IMG/VR virus record: IMGVR_UViG_3300031857_000014
DNA: 64,000 bases
Source of the DNA: a virus
Taxonomy: Duplodnaviria; Caudoviricetes
Strand: one strand, 5' to 3'
How positions within the stretch are numbered: position 1 is the stretch's first letter; each line of letters begins with the position of its first letter. The position numbers were made by a program, and so were the translations under genes. Of this stretch, positions 41,036 through 51,078 are shown piece after piece. The notes under the pieces were generated by a model, which had not been told where the DNA came from, did not search any database, and saw only the letters and a program-made list of their open reading frames with translations.

Positions 41036-44000
41036 TTAGTTTATATCGATATTACCAATTGCAGATAATACGGTGTATTCGTTATTTGTTGTTGTACACA
41101 ATAATTTAATTGCGTCATATGTTTGTGTTGATTGTACGTATCCTGTTGCACCTGAAGTAGAATTAACAATACCAAAATGAATTTGATGATTAGATTCTTG
41201 TGCAATTTTCCAACCTCCGGCACCAATACCAACAACTTCAATTATCGACCCAACTGATGCTGTAGAAGGTAATGTAATAATCACTTGTGACCCTGAATTA
41301 GTTATATACCCATTGTTTGTCACACCTGTTTGAGAAGATGTAATTGTTGACCAAGTAATAATACCCACACTATTTAAACTTCTTGTGTGTAAAACACCAG
41401 TGCCGTCTGTGGTAATAATATCAGTATCTGTTGATGGTTGTAATCCAACAAATTGAACAGGGTTTGTTGTTGCTGTGACAACTAAAGTATTAGCGGTCAA
41501 CCCCGCAGCAAAATATGTTTCACCCGGAACAGTTCCACCAGTAAACGTTCCACCTGAACCAGTCGTACCAGTAAAATTTACACCAAAATTTGGATATGTA
41601 CCAGTAATTTGAATGTTTGTCCCACCAGATATTGTTACTGTTTGGTCTGGCGATGTGTTGATTAATGTTATGTTACCATTAGTTGATGAACCAGATAAAC
41701 CTGTACTAGTCGTTATTGAATTAACAACATTTGTTAAATTGGAACCATCACCATATATTGTTCCACCACTTATTGTATTTGCGGTTAAACCTGCATTAAA
41801 TATTTGTCCTGATGTGAAAGTGTTTGATACATTTTCATACGCAACGTTATTATATTCTGACGATGTTAGGTGATAATATTCGCCACCGGTCCCACCTTGT
41901 ATTCCTGTTAGATCATTGTGAGATTGTACTGTTGATGGTTGAAATACTTGAGCAAACGCACTCTCAACAGTACCTGTCAAAGCCGACACTTGAACAATAA
42001 TTCTACCAGTTAAAAACGCATGTGATGTGATTAATTCGGGTAAATTAGGTTCTAACGATAATTGTGCTTCAGACACGTTATCATATTCGTCATTACCCCA
42101 AACTTCATATAAATGGTCATTTATTTCTTGACCTCTAAAATACCAGTTAACAAGATATTTTCCTGCGGTACCAGCGATTCTATCCGTTCCATTATCGTAA
42201 AATAAATTATTCAGTGTATTTGATGTTGTTGTATATGTCCATGTACCACCACTGTGAAAACTTTGAAAAAATACATCATCTGTACTATTAACCGCAACCA
42301 ATGTTTGTCTATTTGTACCATTCCATGCAACACCTGAAGATAAAGTCACAACACCCGTTGTCCCACTTAAACCCAAAGAAAAACCGTCTTCTCTTGCAAA
42401 CCTATCTGTGTAAATGATTCTATCGTTTAATTTATTTGGAAGACCAGCACCTTCGTTACCAAAATCTAATACGTGAACAAAATTATTTGCCCTATAAACT
42501 ATTAGGTACAATACTATATTACTACTATTGATTGTTGAGTCGTCTGTGAGAACATCGTACACCGGAGTTCCATTATTATAATCTATAACAATGTAGTTAG
42601 TATCTTCATTTGATAATGCAGGTATTCCTACACCTGTAGTTTGACCTGACACAGTGTATACTTCAACACTACCAGTAAACGCGGTATTACTATATAATGC
42701 AACTTGTGTGGTAGGGAATGTCATTGTACCATCATTATTGTTAATCCATAAGTCAGAATTAACAATCACTCCGGAATTATAATTAGATATATTATAATAA
42801 GTTGAAGCACTTATTGTATTTGCGGTTAATCCATTTGTAAAATTTGTTGCACCTGTTACTGTCCCACCCGTAAATGAAGTACCTGTCGAACCTGTAAAAT
42901 TTACACCAAAGTTTGGATATGCACTAACTATTTGAATTCCTGTCCCTCCGGATATTGTGATAGTTTGGTCCGGTGATGTATTAGTAATTGTTACAACACC
43001 ATTGTTTGTTGATGCCGAAATTCCTGTTCCGCCAGTCACAGAACTTACTGGTAAATTACTGTATGTCGATGCGCTTATTGTATTTGCCGTTAAACCACCA
43101 GTAAAATTCGTTGGACCTGATACAGTACCACCTGTGAATGTTCCACTTGATGTACCACCAGTTAATCCGGATAAAGGATATGTGTGAACAACACCAGTCG
43201 AGTCAATACTCAAAATCAAATTATCTGTAGTACTTCCAGTTAATCCTTGAATCCTAATAGGATTTGTACTACCTGAAATGTGTAATTTATTTGTTGGATT
43301 TCTTACACCAATACCTATTGTTTGTCCTGAAGTCAAAACTAATAAATTAGAATTAGCATCCCAATTATCATTTTGTGGTGTAACACCAAAAATTAATGGC
43401 CACCCCTCAGCACTAACGTTAGTTGAGTCGGTATGAATATAATGTGCTTTAGTTAAGTTATCTCCAACAAAAAGTAATGAATTCGCTATGTTATTTGCAG
43501 CAAATTGAAACGCATATCCATAACCAGAAGGATTTCCATTAGGTGTAAGTGCAACCGATACTCCGTAATTGGTTTCTTTTGATATTACTGTCAAATAATC
43601 TATGAATCCAGATGAAGTAGAACTTAATGTTGTATATTGTAAATCGAATGTATTACCACTTATAAAAGGTGCGTTCAAATTACCAAACACATTTACTTCA
43701 TTTTGGTTTACATTTAAAATATCACTTCTATTAAAATCGTCAGTACCATTACCGATTACAAATAATGAATTAGTATTACCTGTGAGATTATATTTTCCGG
43801 AAGCATGTTGACCTTCACCATCCGCATGTGTACCAATACCTTCAGAATGAGAATAATTACCATTAGCTCGTGTAGATAAACCTTCAGAATGTGAACCTAT
43901 ACCGTTAGATATATTTGTACAACCAGTAACAGAACTTAATATAACACCACTCCAATTATTCGTAAAAATAACATTTGATTCACCTGCTCCGGAATCGAAA

Positions 44001-47000
44001 ATTGCTTTGTCTATATAGTATGGTCCATAATAACATAAATTAACATCAAAAGAATTAAATATTAACCTACTTACTATCGAACCATCGGGTATTGATGACC
44101 AATCACCAATTATTCTAATTGTCGATTCATCTAACCAATCACCACTATATGATTCATAAGTGACACCTGAAACATCAATTCTAAAATATGTTAAAGGATT
44201 ATTCACTAATGGTTCAAAAGTATTTGAACCGTCAATAAAATATCCCGCACCTTCGGAATGTGAATATAAACCCACTGAATTTGTATAATAACCCTCTGAA
44301 TGAGAATATTCACCATTAGAATCAGTATTAAAACCTTCGGCATGTGAATAATTACCATTAGAATCATTATATGAACCTTCAGCATGTGAATGAGAACCTG
44401 GTGATCTTGAGAAATGACCTTCAGAATGTGAATATGAGCCGTTAGATTGTGTTTGTTCACCTTCACTATGTGAATAAGAACCATTTGCTATAGTACTATT
44501 CCCTTCAGAATGAGATCCGGTACCAAAAGCGGTAGACGAACCTTCCGCGTGAGAATAAATACCAATCGCACCTGAACTTACACCTTCTGAATGAGAATAA
44601 GCACCACTAGCAGTTGTACTTAATCCTTGTGCATGTGATAAAATACCACTTGGATTATTACTAGGTGCCCCTTGTTTAAATTTTTCAAGTATTGATAATG
44701 TTGATGCTGTTGTTCCTGTAAATGTTAATGATAATTCATTTTGATTTACTGTTCTAGGACTTGACAAAGTACCGTTACCGGTATATAAAGTATTTGGTAA
44801 ATTATTGTAAGTCGATGCACTTATTGTATTTGCAATTAAACCACCAGTAAAACTTGTTGACCCTGTAACAGTACCTCCACTTAATGGAAGATAAGGGAAT
44901 GATGTTTGACCTGTGTAGTTTACCCCAAAATTTGGATATGTTCCTGCAATCTGAATATTTGTTCCACCTGTAATTGTTACAGTTCTATCCGGAGATGTGT
45001 TTGTAACTGTTACAACACCATTACTTGTTGATGCTGAAATTCCTGTCCCACCAGTAACAGAACTTACTGGTAAATTACTGTATGTCGATGCAGATATTGT
45101 TGTTGCAGTTAAACCTTGTAATGACGTGTTACCACCAATATTCAAAGTGTTTCCGAATATAGATGTTCCTGAAAACGCACCATCCGCCCTTATGAATGAG
45201 GTAACAACATTACTTGAATTAACACCCTCTATTAAATTCGTTACCGAATCACCTGATATTGTACCATTTTTTATTGATAAACCATCTAATGTTGAATTAA
45301 TTGTGATTTCAGGATTAGATGAGTTATTATACGCTTGTTGTAAAGTTGTTGTTGATGTTCCACCCGCAGCGCCAATTAATTCACCAAATTTTGATACTGA
45401 GAAAAATTGAGCCTTACTTGTATCATTTAATTCAGTACAACTGCTTAAAACAGAAAGAATACCAATTAAAATACCATTATCTCTAAAATTGGGGAATGTA
45501 ACAAATGTTTCGTTTTGTAGTGCAGCAACAGCAGCCGCCAATTGGTTATACTCCTGTTGTCCGTATTGAATTCTTATTTGACCGTTTTGTAATAAATAAA
45601 TTCTTTGATTTGTTGCCTTTACACCAGTTATTGGTGTAATTACACCATTAACATCCTTATTTGATGGGTCAATTACTGTCGTATTCGACGCCGTTCCACC
45701 TGTTCGAGTTCTGTATTGAAAGGTTGTTGGACTTTGACTATTAATTGTTAAACTATTCGGATTTAATTTGTTTGTAATGTATCCAATACCAAGACCATAT
45801 AATGTACCTGCAGAAGTATTAAATGTTAAATTGGCACCATTATCGGATGGTATAACACCATCATTAATCAATTTAATCGAGGTAAACATATCCCTTAATT
45901 GGGATAGTGGTGATAATACAGAATCAGGTTCGTTAAATGTATTAATTAAAAACTGTTTATTTCCGTGACCAAACTTTCCAAGATATATGTTTTGTCTTCT
46001 TTGTTGTGGCGTTGGAAAACTTGTTTGTTGTGTTATTGTTGATGCACTTGTAAGTAATACATATGTTTCTGTTGCAGTAGAATAATATAATGAGGTGTTA
46101 CCTGTAGAACCAGAATATATAATAAGTTGAATTGTTGGATTTGCTGGTGCTGTCACATTATCAATTATCCAACCCTCAACCTCACCGACACTAAATGTTG
46201 TTCCTGATGGGTTATCAATACTAAGTCCACCGAATTGGAAAACACCGGTGGAACTATTATTAGCAGCCAATATATTATTTTCTTGAGTCGTAATAATTGT
46301 TCCCTCAATTTCATTTAATATTGTAACTTGTAATTTACCATTAGATGAATTATCTAAAACGTGACCGACTTCACAAGTTCTGCCTGTATAAAATAGGTCG
46401 GAATAACTCGCGAATCCACCCGCAACATGTTGAGATAAATAAACCTGTTCACCAATACTAAATCCTGTTAAATTAATATCTCTAACGACACCAAAAACAG
46501 TCATAAAACCAAATGAACCATTTGGTATATCATGAGTTGCAATACCTGATATTTGAAATTGTACCGCATCTCCACCCGTTCCGATTGCTAATGATACGGT
46601 TGGTGTACCTGAAATTGCACCTGTTATATGTAATGCCTGTCCATTATTTATTTGAACCCCTAAATTATTATAAATTCTAACTAAACTTTCTTGACCTAAA
46701 TTAACAGTTACATCATTACTTGGTGTTATTGGTTTGTATGATAAAGCATTTTCATTTGAGTCGTAATATAGTGTTCCTCCTGTTGGTGACGGTACGGTTG
46801 GTGTAGTATCAAAATCAATATAATTCACTGATAACCCACTCGTAAAAGTTGTGTTACCAAATACAGTTCCTCCAGAAAGTGAAAGAAAGTTTCCTGACGC
46901 ACCAGAAACAGGACCCCAATTAGCATTACCATTTGAATCACATGTTAATACGTAACCATTTATTTCTGTTCCGTTAGAATAAGTAAAACCACTGTTTATA

Positions 47001-47131
47001 GTTAACCCTGATAAAAAAGTTGGGTTAATTGGTATATCACCACCAATTCTATAAACAATTCCCGTACTTAAATCTGATTGAAGAACATAATCGAAACTAT
47101 CTTTAATTAACTGATTCCTAATATCTGACAT
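41036..47131 (-). CDS. 2031-aa tail fibre/adhesin with YadA-head-like and internal repeats
   Basis: More than 10 G-x-x-SH-[AS]-EG repeats, the LFVIGNG neck motif, repeated GGTV.G.T.F..GLTANTISASTY and TSPD.TVTI.GGT.IQI. Confidence 0.8.
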   Translation of the reverse strand: MSDIRNQLIKDSFDYVLQSDLSTGIVYRIGGDIPINPTFLSGLTINSGFTYSNGTEINGYVLTCDSNGNANWGPVSGASGNFLSLSGGTVFGNTTFTSGLSVNYIDFDTTPTVPSPTGGTLYYDSNENALSYKPITPSNDVTVNLGQESLVRIYNNLGVQINNGQALHITGAISGTPTVSLAIGTGGDAVQFQISGIATHDIPNGSFGFMTVFGVVRDINLTGFSIGEQVYLSQHVAGGFASYSDLFYTGRTCEVGHVLDNSSNGKLQVTILNEIEGTIITTQENNILAANNSSTGVFQFGGLSIDNPSGTTFSVGEVEGWIIDNVTAPANPTIQLIIYSGSTGNTSLYYSTATETYVLLTSASTITQQTSFPTPQQRRQNIYLGKFGHGNKQFLINTFNEPDSVLSPLSQLRDMFTSIKLINDGVIPSDNGANLTFNTSAGTLYGLGIGYITNKLNPNSLTINSQSPTTFQYRTRTGGTASNTTVIDPSNKDVNGVITPITGVKATNQRIYLLQNGQIRIQYGQQEYNQLAAAVAALQNETFVTFPNFRDNGILIGILSVLSSCTELNDTSKAQFFSVSKFGELIGAAGGTSTTTLQQAYNNSSNPEITINSTLDGLSIKNGTISGDSVTNLIEGVNSSNVVTSFIRADGAFSGTSIFGNTLNIGGNTSLQGLTATTISASTYSNLPVSSVTGGTGISASTSNGVVTVTNTSPDRTVTITGGTNIQIAGTYPNFGVNYTGQTSFPYLPLSGGTVTGSTSFTGGLIANTISASTYNNLPNTLYTGNGTLSSPRTVNQNELSLTFTGTTASTLSILEKFKQGAPSNNPSGILSHAQGLSTTASGAYSHSEGVSSGAIGIYSHAEGSSTAFGTGSHSEGNSTIANGSYSHSEGEQTQSNGSYSHSEGHFSRSPGSHSHAEGSYNDSNGNYSHAEGFNTDSNGEYSHSEGYYTNSVGLYSHSEGAGYFIDGSNTFEPLVNNPLTYFRIDVSGVTYESYSGDWLDESTIRIIGDWSSIPDGSIVSRLIFNSFDVNLCYYGPYYIDKAIFDSGAGESNVIFTNNWSGVILSSVTGCTNISNGIGSHSEGLSTRANGNYSHSEGIGTHADGEGQHASGKYNLTGNTNSLFVIGNGTDDFNRSDILNVNQNEVNVFGNLNAPFISGNTFDLQYTTLSSTSSGFIDYLTVISKETNYGVSVALTPNGNPSGYGYAFQFAANNIANSLLFVGDNLTKAHYIHTDSTNVSAEGWPLIFGVTPQNDNWDANSNLLVLTSGQTIGIGVRNPTNKLHISGSTNPIRIQGLTGSTTDNLILSIDSTGVVHTYPLSGLTGGTSSGTFTGGTVSGPTNFTGGLTANTISASTYSNLPVSSVTGGTGISASTNNGVVTITNTSPDQTITISGGTGIQIVSAYPNFGVNFTGSTGTSFTGGTVTGATNFTNGLTANTISASTYYNISNYNSGVIVNSDLWINNNDGTMTFPTTQVALYSNTAFTGSVEVYTVSGQTTGVGIPALSNEDTNYIVIDYNNGTPVYDVLTDDSTINSSNIVLYLIVYRANNFVHVLDFGNEGAGLPNKLNDRIIYTDRFAREDGFSLGLSGTTGVVTLSSGVAWNGTNRQTLVAVNSTDDVFFQSFHSGGTWTYTTTSNTLNNLFYDNGTDRIAGTAGKYLVNWYFRGQEINDHLYEVWGNDEYDNVSEAQLSLEPNLPELITSHAFLTGRIIVQVSALTGTVESAFAQVFQPSTVQSHNDLTGIQGGTGGEYYHLTSSEYNNVAYENVSNTFTSGQIFNAGLTANTISGGTIYGDGSNLTNVVNSITTSTGLSGSSTNGNITLINTSPDQTVTISGGTNIQITGTYPNFGVNFTGTTGSGGTFTGGTVPGETYFAAGLTANTLVVTATTNPVQFVGLQPSTDTDIITTDGTGVLHTRSLNSVGIITWSTITSSQTGVTNNGYITNSGSQVIITLPSTASVGSIIEVVGIGAGGWKIAQESNHQIHFGIVNSTSGATGYVQSTQTYDAIKLLCTTTNNEYTVLSAIGNIDIN

Positions 47132-47170
47132 GTCATAATTTTAAGCATATTTATCTATATAGTAAATATT

Positions 47171-47503
47171 ATGCAAACTATTTGTTACTCTTGGGATGAT
47201 ACACCTTTTGCTTGGGTCGACACACCGTTCACATGGGCCGAAGGTTGTATAATCAAAAAAATCATTTCAAATGTAATCGGACCACCAAGAAGAGGAATAA
47301 AAAAAAGGGTTCGAGAACTTGAGGAAAAAGAAAAACAAATACTAATTGAACTATTTGTTAGGTTACAAGTTGATGAATTAGTTTTTGAAACAAGGATTAA
47401 CAAACATAAAAATGAAACGGTCAAAATAAAATTGAAAGATGTGAAAATGGCGATGACCGAACCAAAAAATATTAATGTTAACGTAAAATTTAATAACAAT
47501 TAA
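47171..47503 (+). CDS. hypothetical protein
   Basis: 110-aa ORF divergent from the fibre gene. Confidence 0.7.
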   Translation: MQTICYSWDDTPFAWVDTPFTWAEGCIIKKIISNVIGPPRRGIKKRVRELEEKEKQILIELFVRLQVDELVFETRINKHKNETVKIKLKDVKMAMTEPKNINVNVKFNNN

Positions 47504-47517
47504 GATATTTATACGAT

Positions 47518-47991
47518 ATGGCGTACAATTTATATACAGACAAACCAACAAAATTTAATTGTAATATTGATATTGAAGGAACTTCTTTATCAAAATCTAA
47601 AGCAAGAGTTGTTGTTGAAACAGAAGATATGTCCTACATGTTTAATGGGACAATCCAAAGTAATGGTTTATGCGAAGTTCATATACCAAAAACTAAAAAC
47701 TTTTTAAATGAAGGAACAAAAGGTAATATAAGATTAGAAGTTATCGCTGATGATGTGTATTTTGAACCATGGAGTACAGATTTTCAAGTTAAAACCAACA
47801 AGAAAGTTCAGGTTATGGTTCAAGAACAAGAAGAAGAAAGACCAAAACTTAAAGTACAAGTGTTTGAACAACCAGAAGAACCGGTAAAACCAAAAATTGT
47901 TGAGTCTAAAGTTAAAACACCGGTAGTCAAAAAAGAGAAATCTACACTTTCTAAACAAGATTTTATCAAACAATTATTGAGTAAAAAATAA
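47518..47991 (+). CDS. hypothetical protein
   Basis: 157 aa; TATTTAT 5 nt upstream of the ATG. Confidence 0.75.
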   Translation: MAYNLYTDKPTKFNCNIDIEGTSLSKSKARVVVETEDMSYMFNGTIQSNGLCEVHIPKTKNFLNEGTKGNIRLEVIADDVYFEPWSTDFQVKTNKKVQVMVQEQEEERPKLKVQVFEQPEEPVKPKIVESKVKTPVVKKEKSTLSKQDFIKQLLSKK

Positions 47992-48049
47992 TTTCACTTG
48001 ATTTTGTAATAATAAAAAATATATTTTATTATTATAAAAACATAACAAC

Positions 48050-48268
48050 ATGAAATGTATTCAATCAATTAGAGCAACAAAAAACACTGAAGTAGGTGTA
48101 ATCAAAAGAATTAACGATAAAGAAGCGGAATCAGAAGTTAAAAGTGGTTATTGGAAATATATCCCAAAATCAGAATGGAAATCAAATAAAAAACCTATCA
48201 CAACCGAAGTTAATCCACAGATTACGGATGCTGTAACTACACCCAAAAAGAAAAAAACTAAAAAGTAA
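48050..48268 (+). CDS. small basic hypothetical protein
   Basis: 72-aa ORF. Confidence 0.7.
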   Translation: MKCIQSIRATKNTEVGVIKRINDKEAESEVKSGYWKYIPKSEWKSNKKPITTEVNPQITDAVTTPKKKKTKK

Positions 48269-48483
48269 TGGAAGGAACTTTACATTTATCCGGTAATCAA
48301 TGGAAAGTTGTATACGATGGAGGTACATTACCATTGTGGTATGGTGATTATATGAATGGTTTAACCGAAGGGACAAAAATTGATTTTTTTATTTATACAC
48401 ATCAAGATCCACCAAATCCAATTTACCCACATATAGTTAATGAAACTATTGAATACGCAACAATAAATTCTTTTTTGGATTAA
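48268..48483 (+). CDS. hypothetical protein
   Basis: 71-aa coupled ORF. Confidence 0.6.
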   Translation: MEGTLHLSGNQWKVVYDGGTLPLWYGDYMNGLTEGTKIDFFIYTHQDPPNPIYPHIVNETIEYATINSFLD

Positions 48484-48506
48484 TTTCGAATACCATATTT
48501 ATTAGT

Positions 48507-49037
48507 ATGGTAAAATATTTTTCAGAAATTTTAGGTAAAATTAATAAAACACAAAGAATTCTTGCGTTAGTAATTTTATCTTTGACTGTTGTCTTATTAG
48601 TACTGGGTTCCTCTATTATTAAAACTTTGAGACCTGACGATACCGCACTAAGAAATCAAATACAAATACAAACCCAAACAATAGAAACATTAAGGGGAGA
48701 ACAAAAAATACAAAGTAAAAGATTAAGTGAACTAAATTTGTTATTGATTCAAAATCAAACAGAATGTACTGATAGAGTTATAAAAAGAGAATTAGAAATA
48801 ACCAAAGAAATCGATAACCTTATTTTGTTGATTAGTAAAAACAAAACGACTAAACAAACAATAAAATCCACAACATCAAATGTTGAATATCCAATAGTAT
48901 ATGATGAAAATGGTAATGAAATTCATGTTCTAAGGAATCAAGTTGACCCAATCCCAATAATTGAAAATAATTCTTCAGATGAACTGTATATCAAACAGTT
49001 AAATAAAATAAAAAAGAAAATACAAAAAAATAAGTAG
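48507..49037 (+). CDS. membrane-anchored coiled-coil protein
   Basis: N-terminal TM (ILALVILSLTVVLLVLG) followed by a coiled coil; TATTTAT+4 nt. Confidence 0.7.
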   Translation: MVKYFSEILGKINKTQRILALVILSLTVVLLVLGSSIIKTLRPDDTALRNQIQIQTQTIETLRGEQKIQSKRLSELNLLLIQNQTECTDRVIKRELEITKEIDNLILLISKNKTTKQTIKSTTSNVEYPIVYDENGNEIHVLRNQVDPIPIIENNSSDELYIKQLNKIKKKIQKNK

Positions 49038-49127
49038 TAAGATTTTTTATTTTTAAAATTTATTTCCTATATTTTTATTAGTTCTTTGAAATGCCTGGGT
49101 GGTGAAATAGGTATACACGCAAGACTT

Positions 49128-49822
49128 TAATCTTTTTTGTGTTCTGTTTATACTTATAATATATGAATATAAAATACACAAAAGAATTTTTGGAACCAAT
49201 AGTTAAGGAATGTGGTTCAATTAGACAAGTTTTAATAAAACTAGGGTTGAGAGAAGCAGGAGGAAATTATGAAAATATCAAAACTAGAATTCAATTATTC
49301 GGTATTGATACATCACATTTTCACGGAATGGTTTGGAATAAAGGTAAAGAGTGGTCAAAAGTTAAGGATTTAACTCCTAAATTAATAGAACACTCAACTT
49401 ACACTACAGGATTACCAACCTCAACAAATAGATTGAGAAAACAATTATTAAAACTTGGATATAAAAACCACATTTGTGAATTATGTGAATTAACTGAATG
49501 GAGAGGAGAAAAAATCCCATTGGAGTTACATCACATAAATGGTAATAGGTTTGATAATAGGATAGAAAACTTACAATTTTTATGTCCGAATTGTCACTCA
49601 TTTACTGACAACTATAGGAAACGAAAAAATTGAGTGCACAAAGAGAAATCTTTGATGTAGAACTCCGTAAATTCGGTGAACCCTTTAAGATGGGAATACC
49701 GAGCCAAACTCGTAAGAGAAGGTGTAGAGACTAGACACGGAGCACCTAAATCGTAAGATATGGTGAAGGTATAGTCCAGACCACAAACAACTTTAGTTGG
49801 TAGTGAAAACTATAGTGGTAAG
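49128..49822 (+). mobile_element. group I intron (IC3-like, tRNA-Leu type) with an ORF in the P1 loop
   Basis: IGS GAGT (49632-49635) pairs with exon ACTT with a terminal U.G. P AAATTCGGTGAA, Q GGGAATACCGAGCC, R GTAGAGACTAGAC, S ATAGTCC; P3 CTCCGT/ACGGAG; terminal G at 49822. Confidence 0.92.
49163..49633 (+). CDS. intron-encoded HNH homing endonuclease
   Basis: CELC...LELHHINGNRFDNRIENLQFLCPNCH. Its TGA stop overlaps the intron IGS. Confidence 0.92.
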   Translation: MNIKYTKEFLEPIVKECGSIRQVLIKLGLREAGGNYENIKTRIQLFGIDTSHFHGMVWNKGKEWSKVKDLTPKLIEHSTYTTGLPTSTNRLRKQLLKLGYKNHICELCELTEWRGEKIPLELHHINGNRFDNRIENLQFLCPNCHSFTDNYRKRKN

Positions 49823-49913
49823 AAAATCTTGTGACCAGCAATGGTCGTGCGGGTTCGACCCCCGCCCCAGGTACAAACACTATTGTTCTTTGACATATAA
49901 GGAGAAACAAATT

Positions 49914-50222
49914 ATGGAAACACTTTCATTCGTTTTAGGAATTGCTTCTGTGGTGGTTATTGCTAACGTAATAGTCACTGTAGTAAGTATTGTTAAGGTG
50001 ATTAAAGTCACAAGAGAGTTCAATGATTATGCTAATAATATGTCACATGAACTTGATATTAAAACAAAAGATATTCACGATCAGATATCACGTGAAATAG
50101 ATATCCTTAATCGTAGAATTGATAACTTAGATAGAGAAATCTTTTCCCAATTAGATTCTCGACTAGATAAATTGGATGGTAAATGGTCTTCACTTGTTAA
50201 AAGTAAACAAGTAATAAACTAA
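49914..50222 (+). CDS. membrane-anchored coiled-coil protein embedded in the tRNA operon
   Basis: METLSFVLGIASVVVIANVIV TM segment; AAGGAG Shine-Dalgarno upstream. The longer ORF-track start lies inside the intron. Confidence 0.75.
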   Translation: METLSFVLGIASVVVIANVIVTVVSIVKVIKVTREFNDYANNMSHELDIKTKDIHDQISREIDILNRRIDNLDREIFSQLDSRLDKLDGKWSSLVKSKQVIN

Positions 50223-50255
50223 ACTAAAAATTAGTTGAAGAACAATAGTGTTTTT

Positions 50256-50327
50256 GGTCCTGTAATTTAATGGATAAAATATCTGCCTTCTAAGCAGACT
50301 ATGGTAGTTCGATTCTACCCGGGACTA
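50256..50327 (+). tRNA. trnR: tRNA-Arg(UCU)
   Basis: GGTCCTG/CGGGACT acceptor, TCTGC-CTTCTAA-GCAGA, GGTAG-TTCGATT-CTACC. Confidence 0.9.
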
Positions 50328-50342
50328 CTAAAAGAATTAATT

Positions 50343-50534
50343 ATGAAAAATTTAGAAAACATCTTTATGATAATTGCAACGGTAGGTGCGTTATTATCAA
50401 TGATTGCATGTATATATACCGGACAATCATGGACATGGCAATTATCAACCATTTTGTGGATTTTTGTTGCGTATATGAAACAAAAAACAATAACAAGACA
50501 AGAAAATTTAATCAAAAAAATAACTTCAAAATGA
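50343..50534 (+). CDS. small two-TM membrane protein
   Basis: Start MKNLENIF at 50343; two hydrophobic segments. Confidence 0.65.
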   Translation: MKNLENIFMIIATVGALLSMIACIYTGQSWTWQLSTILWIFVAYMKQKTITRQENLIKKITSK

Positions 50535-51073
50535 AATACAAAATTACATTAGGAGGTCGTGGAGCAGATATTTGGGTACACAGACTAAATGAAGAACAAC
50601 ACAAGAGACTTAAAGAAGTTGAATCGTCACTGAATAGTATGGATTTAGATGACATTGCAAAACTGATTGATAGAGATTATGTTGATGATGTAGATGATGT
50701 CTTTTTTGGTGTTTACGACAATACGGGAGATTTTGTAATCCAAACGTTTAATGAAAAAGATGAAATGATTTTCGATTCATTATCTGACGATGATTGGTAT
50801 TTCGATGATGAAACAAGAAATGAGTATGAAAATTATGATTCTGTTTTTGAAGGTGACGACCCTACATTATTTGTTGAATCATATTCAAAAGGAACTTTTT
50901 TTGAGTTTGAACTTGAGACAGAAGAAGAATTTGACCCAACAAAATTGTCACCCATAATTCTTGAAGTTGGCGAAAGATTTGAAATGATTACAGGTCTAGC
51001 ATACAATGGTGAAGAACTTGAAAAAGAAATTGGTGATTATTGGGGTAAGGGTTATTATTTCCATTTAATATAA
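50531..51073 (+). CDS. very acidic hypothetical protein
   Basis: Start MKYKITLGGRG at 50531 (ATGA overlap); D/E-rich. Confidence 0.75.
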   Translation: MKYKITLGGRGADIWVHRLNEEQHKRLKEVESSLNSMDLDDIAKLIDRDYVDDVDDVFFGVYDNTGDFVIQTFNEKDEMIFDSLSDDDWYFDDETRNEYENYDSVFEGDDPTLFVESYSKGTFFEFELETEEEFDPTKLSPIILEVGERFEMITGLAYNGEELEKEIGDYWGKGYYFHLI

Positions 51074-51078
51074 TTAAG

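Larger units (their letters stand above)
49093..49873 (+). tRNA. trnL: tRNA-Leu(UAA), split by a group I intron (exons 49093-49127 and 49823-49873)
   Basis: Joined exons give GCCTGGG/CCCAGGT acceptor, CAAGA-CTT^AAAA-TCTTG anticodon arm, a long variable arm and GCGGG-TTCGACC-CCCGC. No encoded CCA. Confidence 0.93.

Noticed and set aside
43021-45099. Near-identical repeats in the fibre gene as a DGR template/variable pair
   Set aside because: The differences I compared are synonymous third-position changes rather than adenine-specific, and no reverse transcriptase is in the window.
49797-49913. N-terminal extension of the 49797 ORF (and similar extensions at 50301, 50408, 51890, 20213, 24881)
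   Set aside because: The extensions overlap intron, tRNA or promoter sequence. Downstream ATGs with proper context were used instead.
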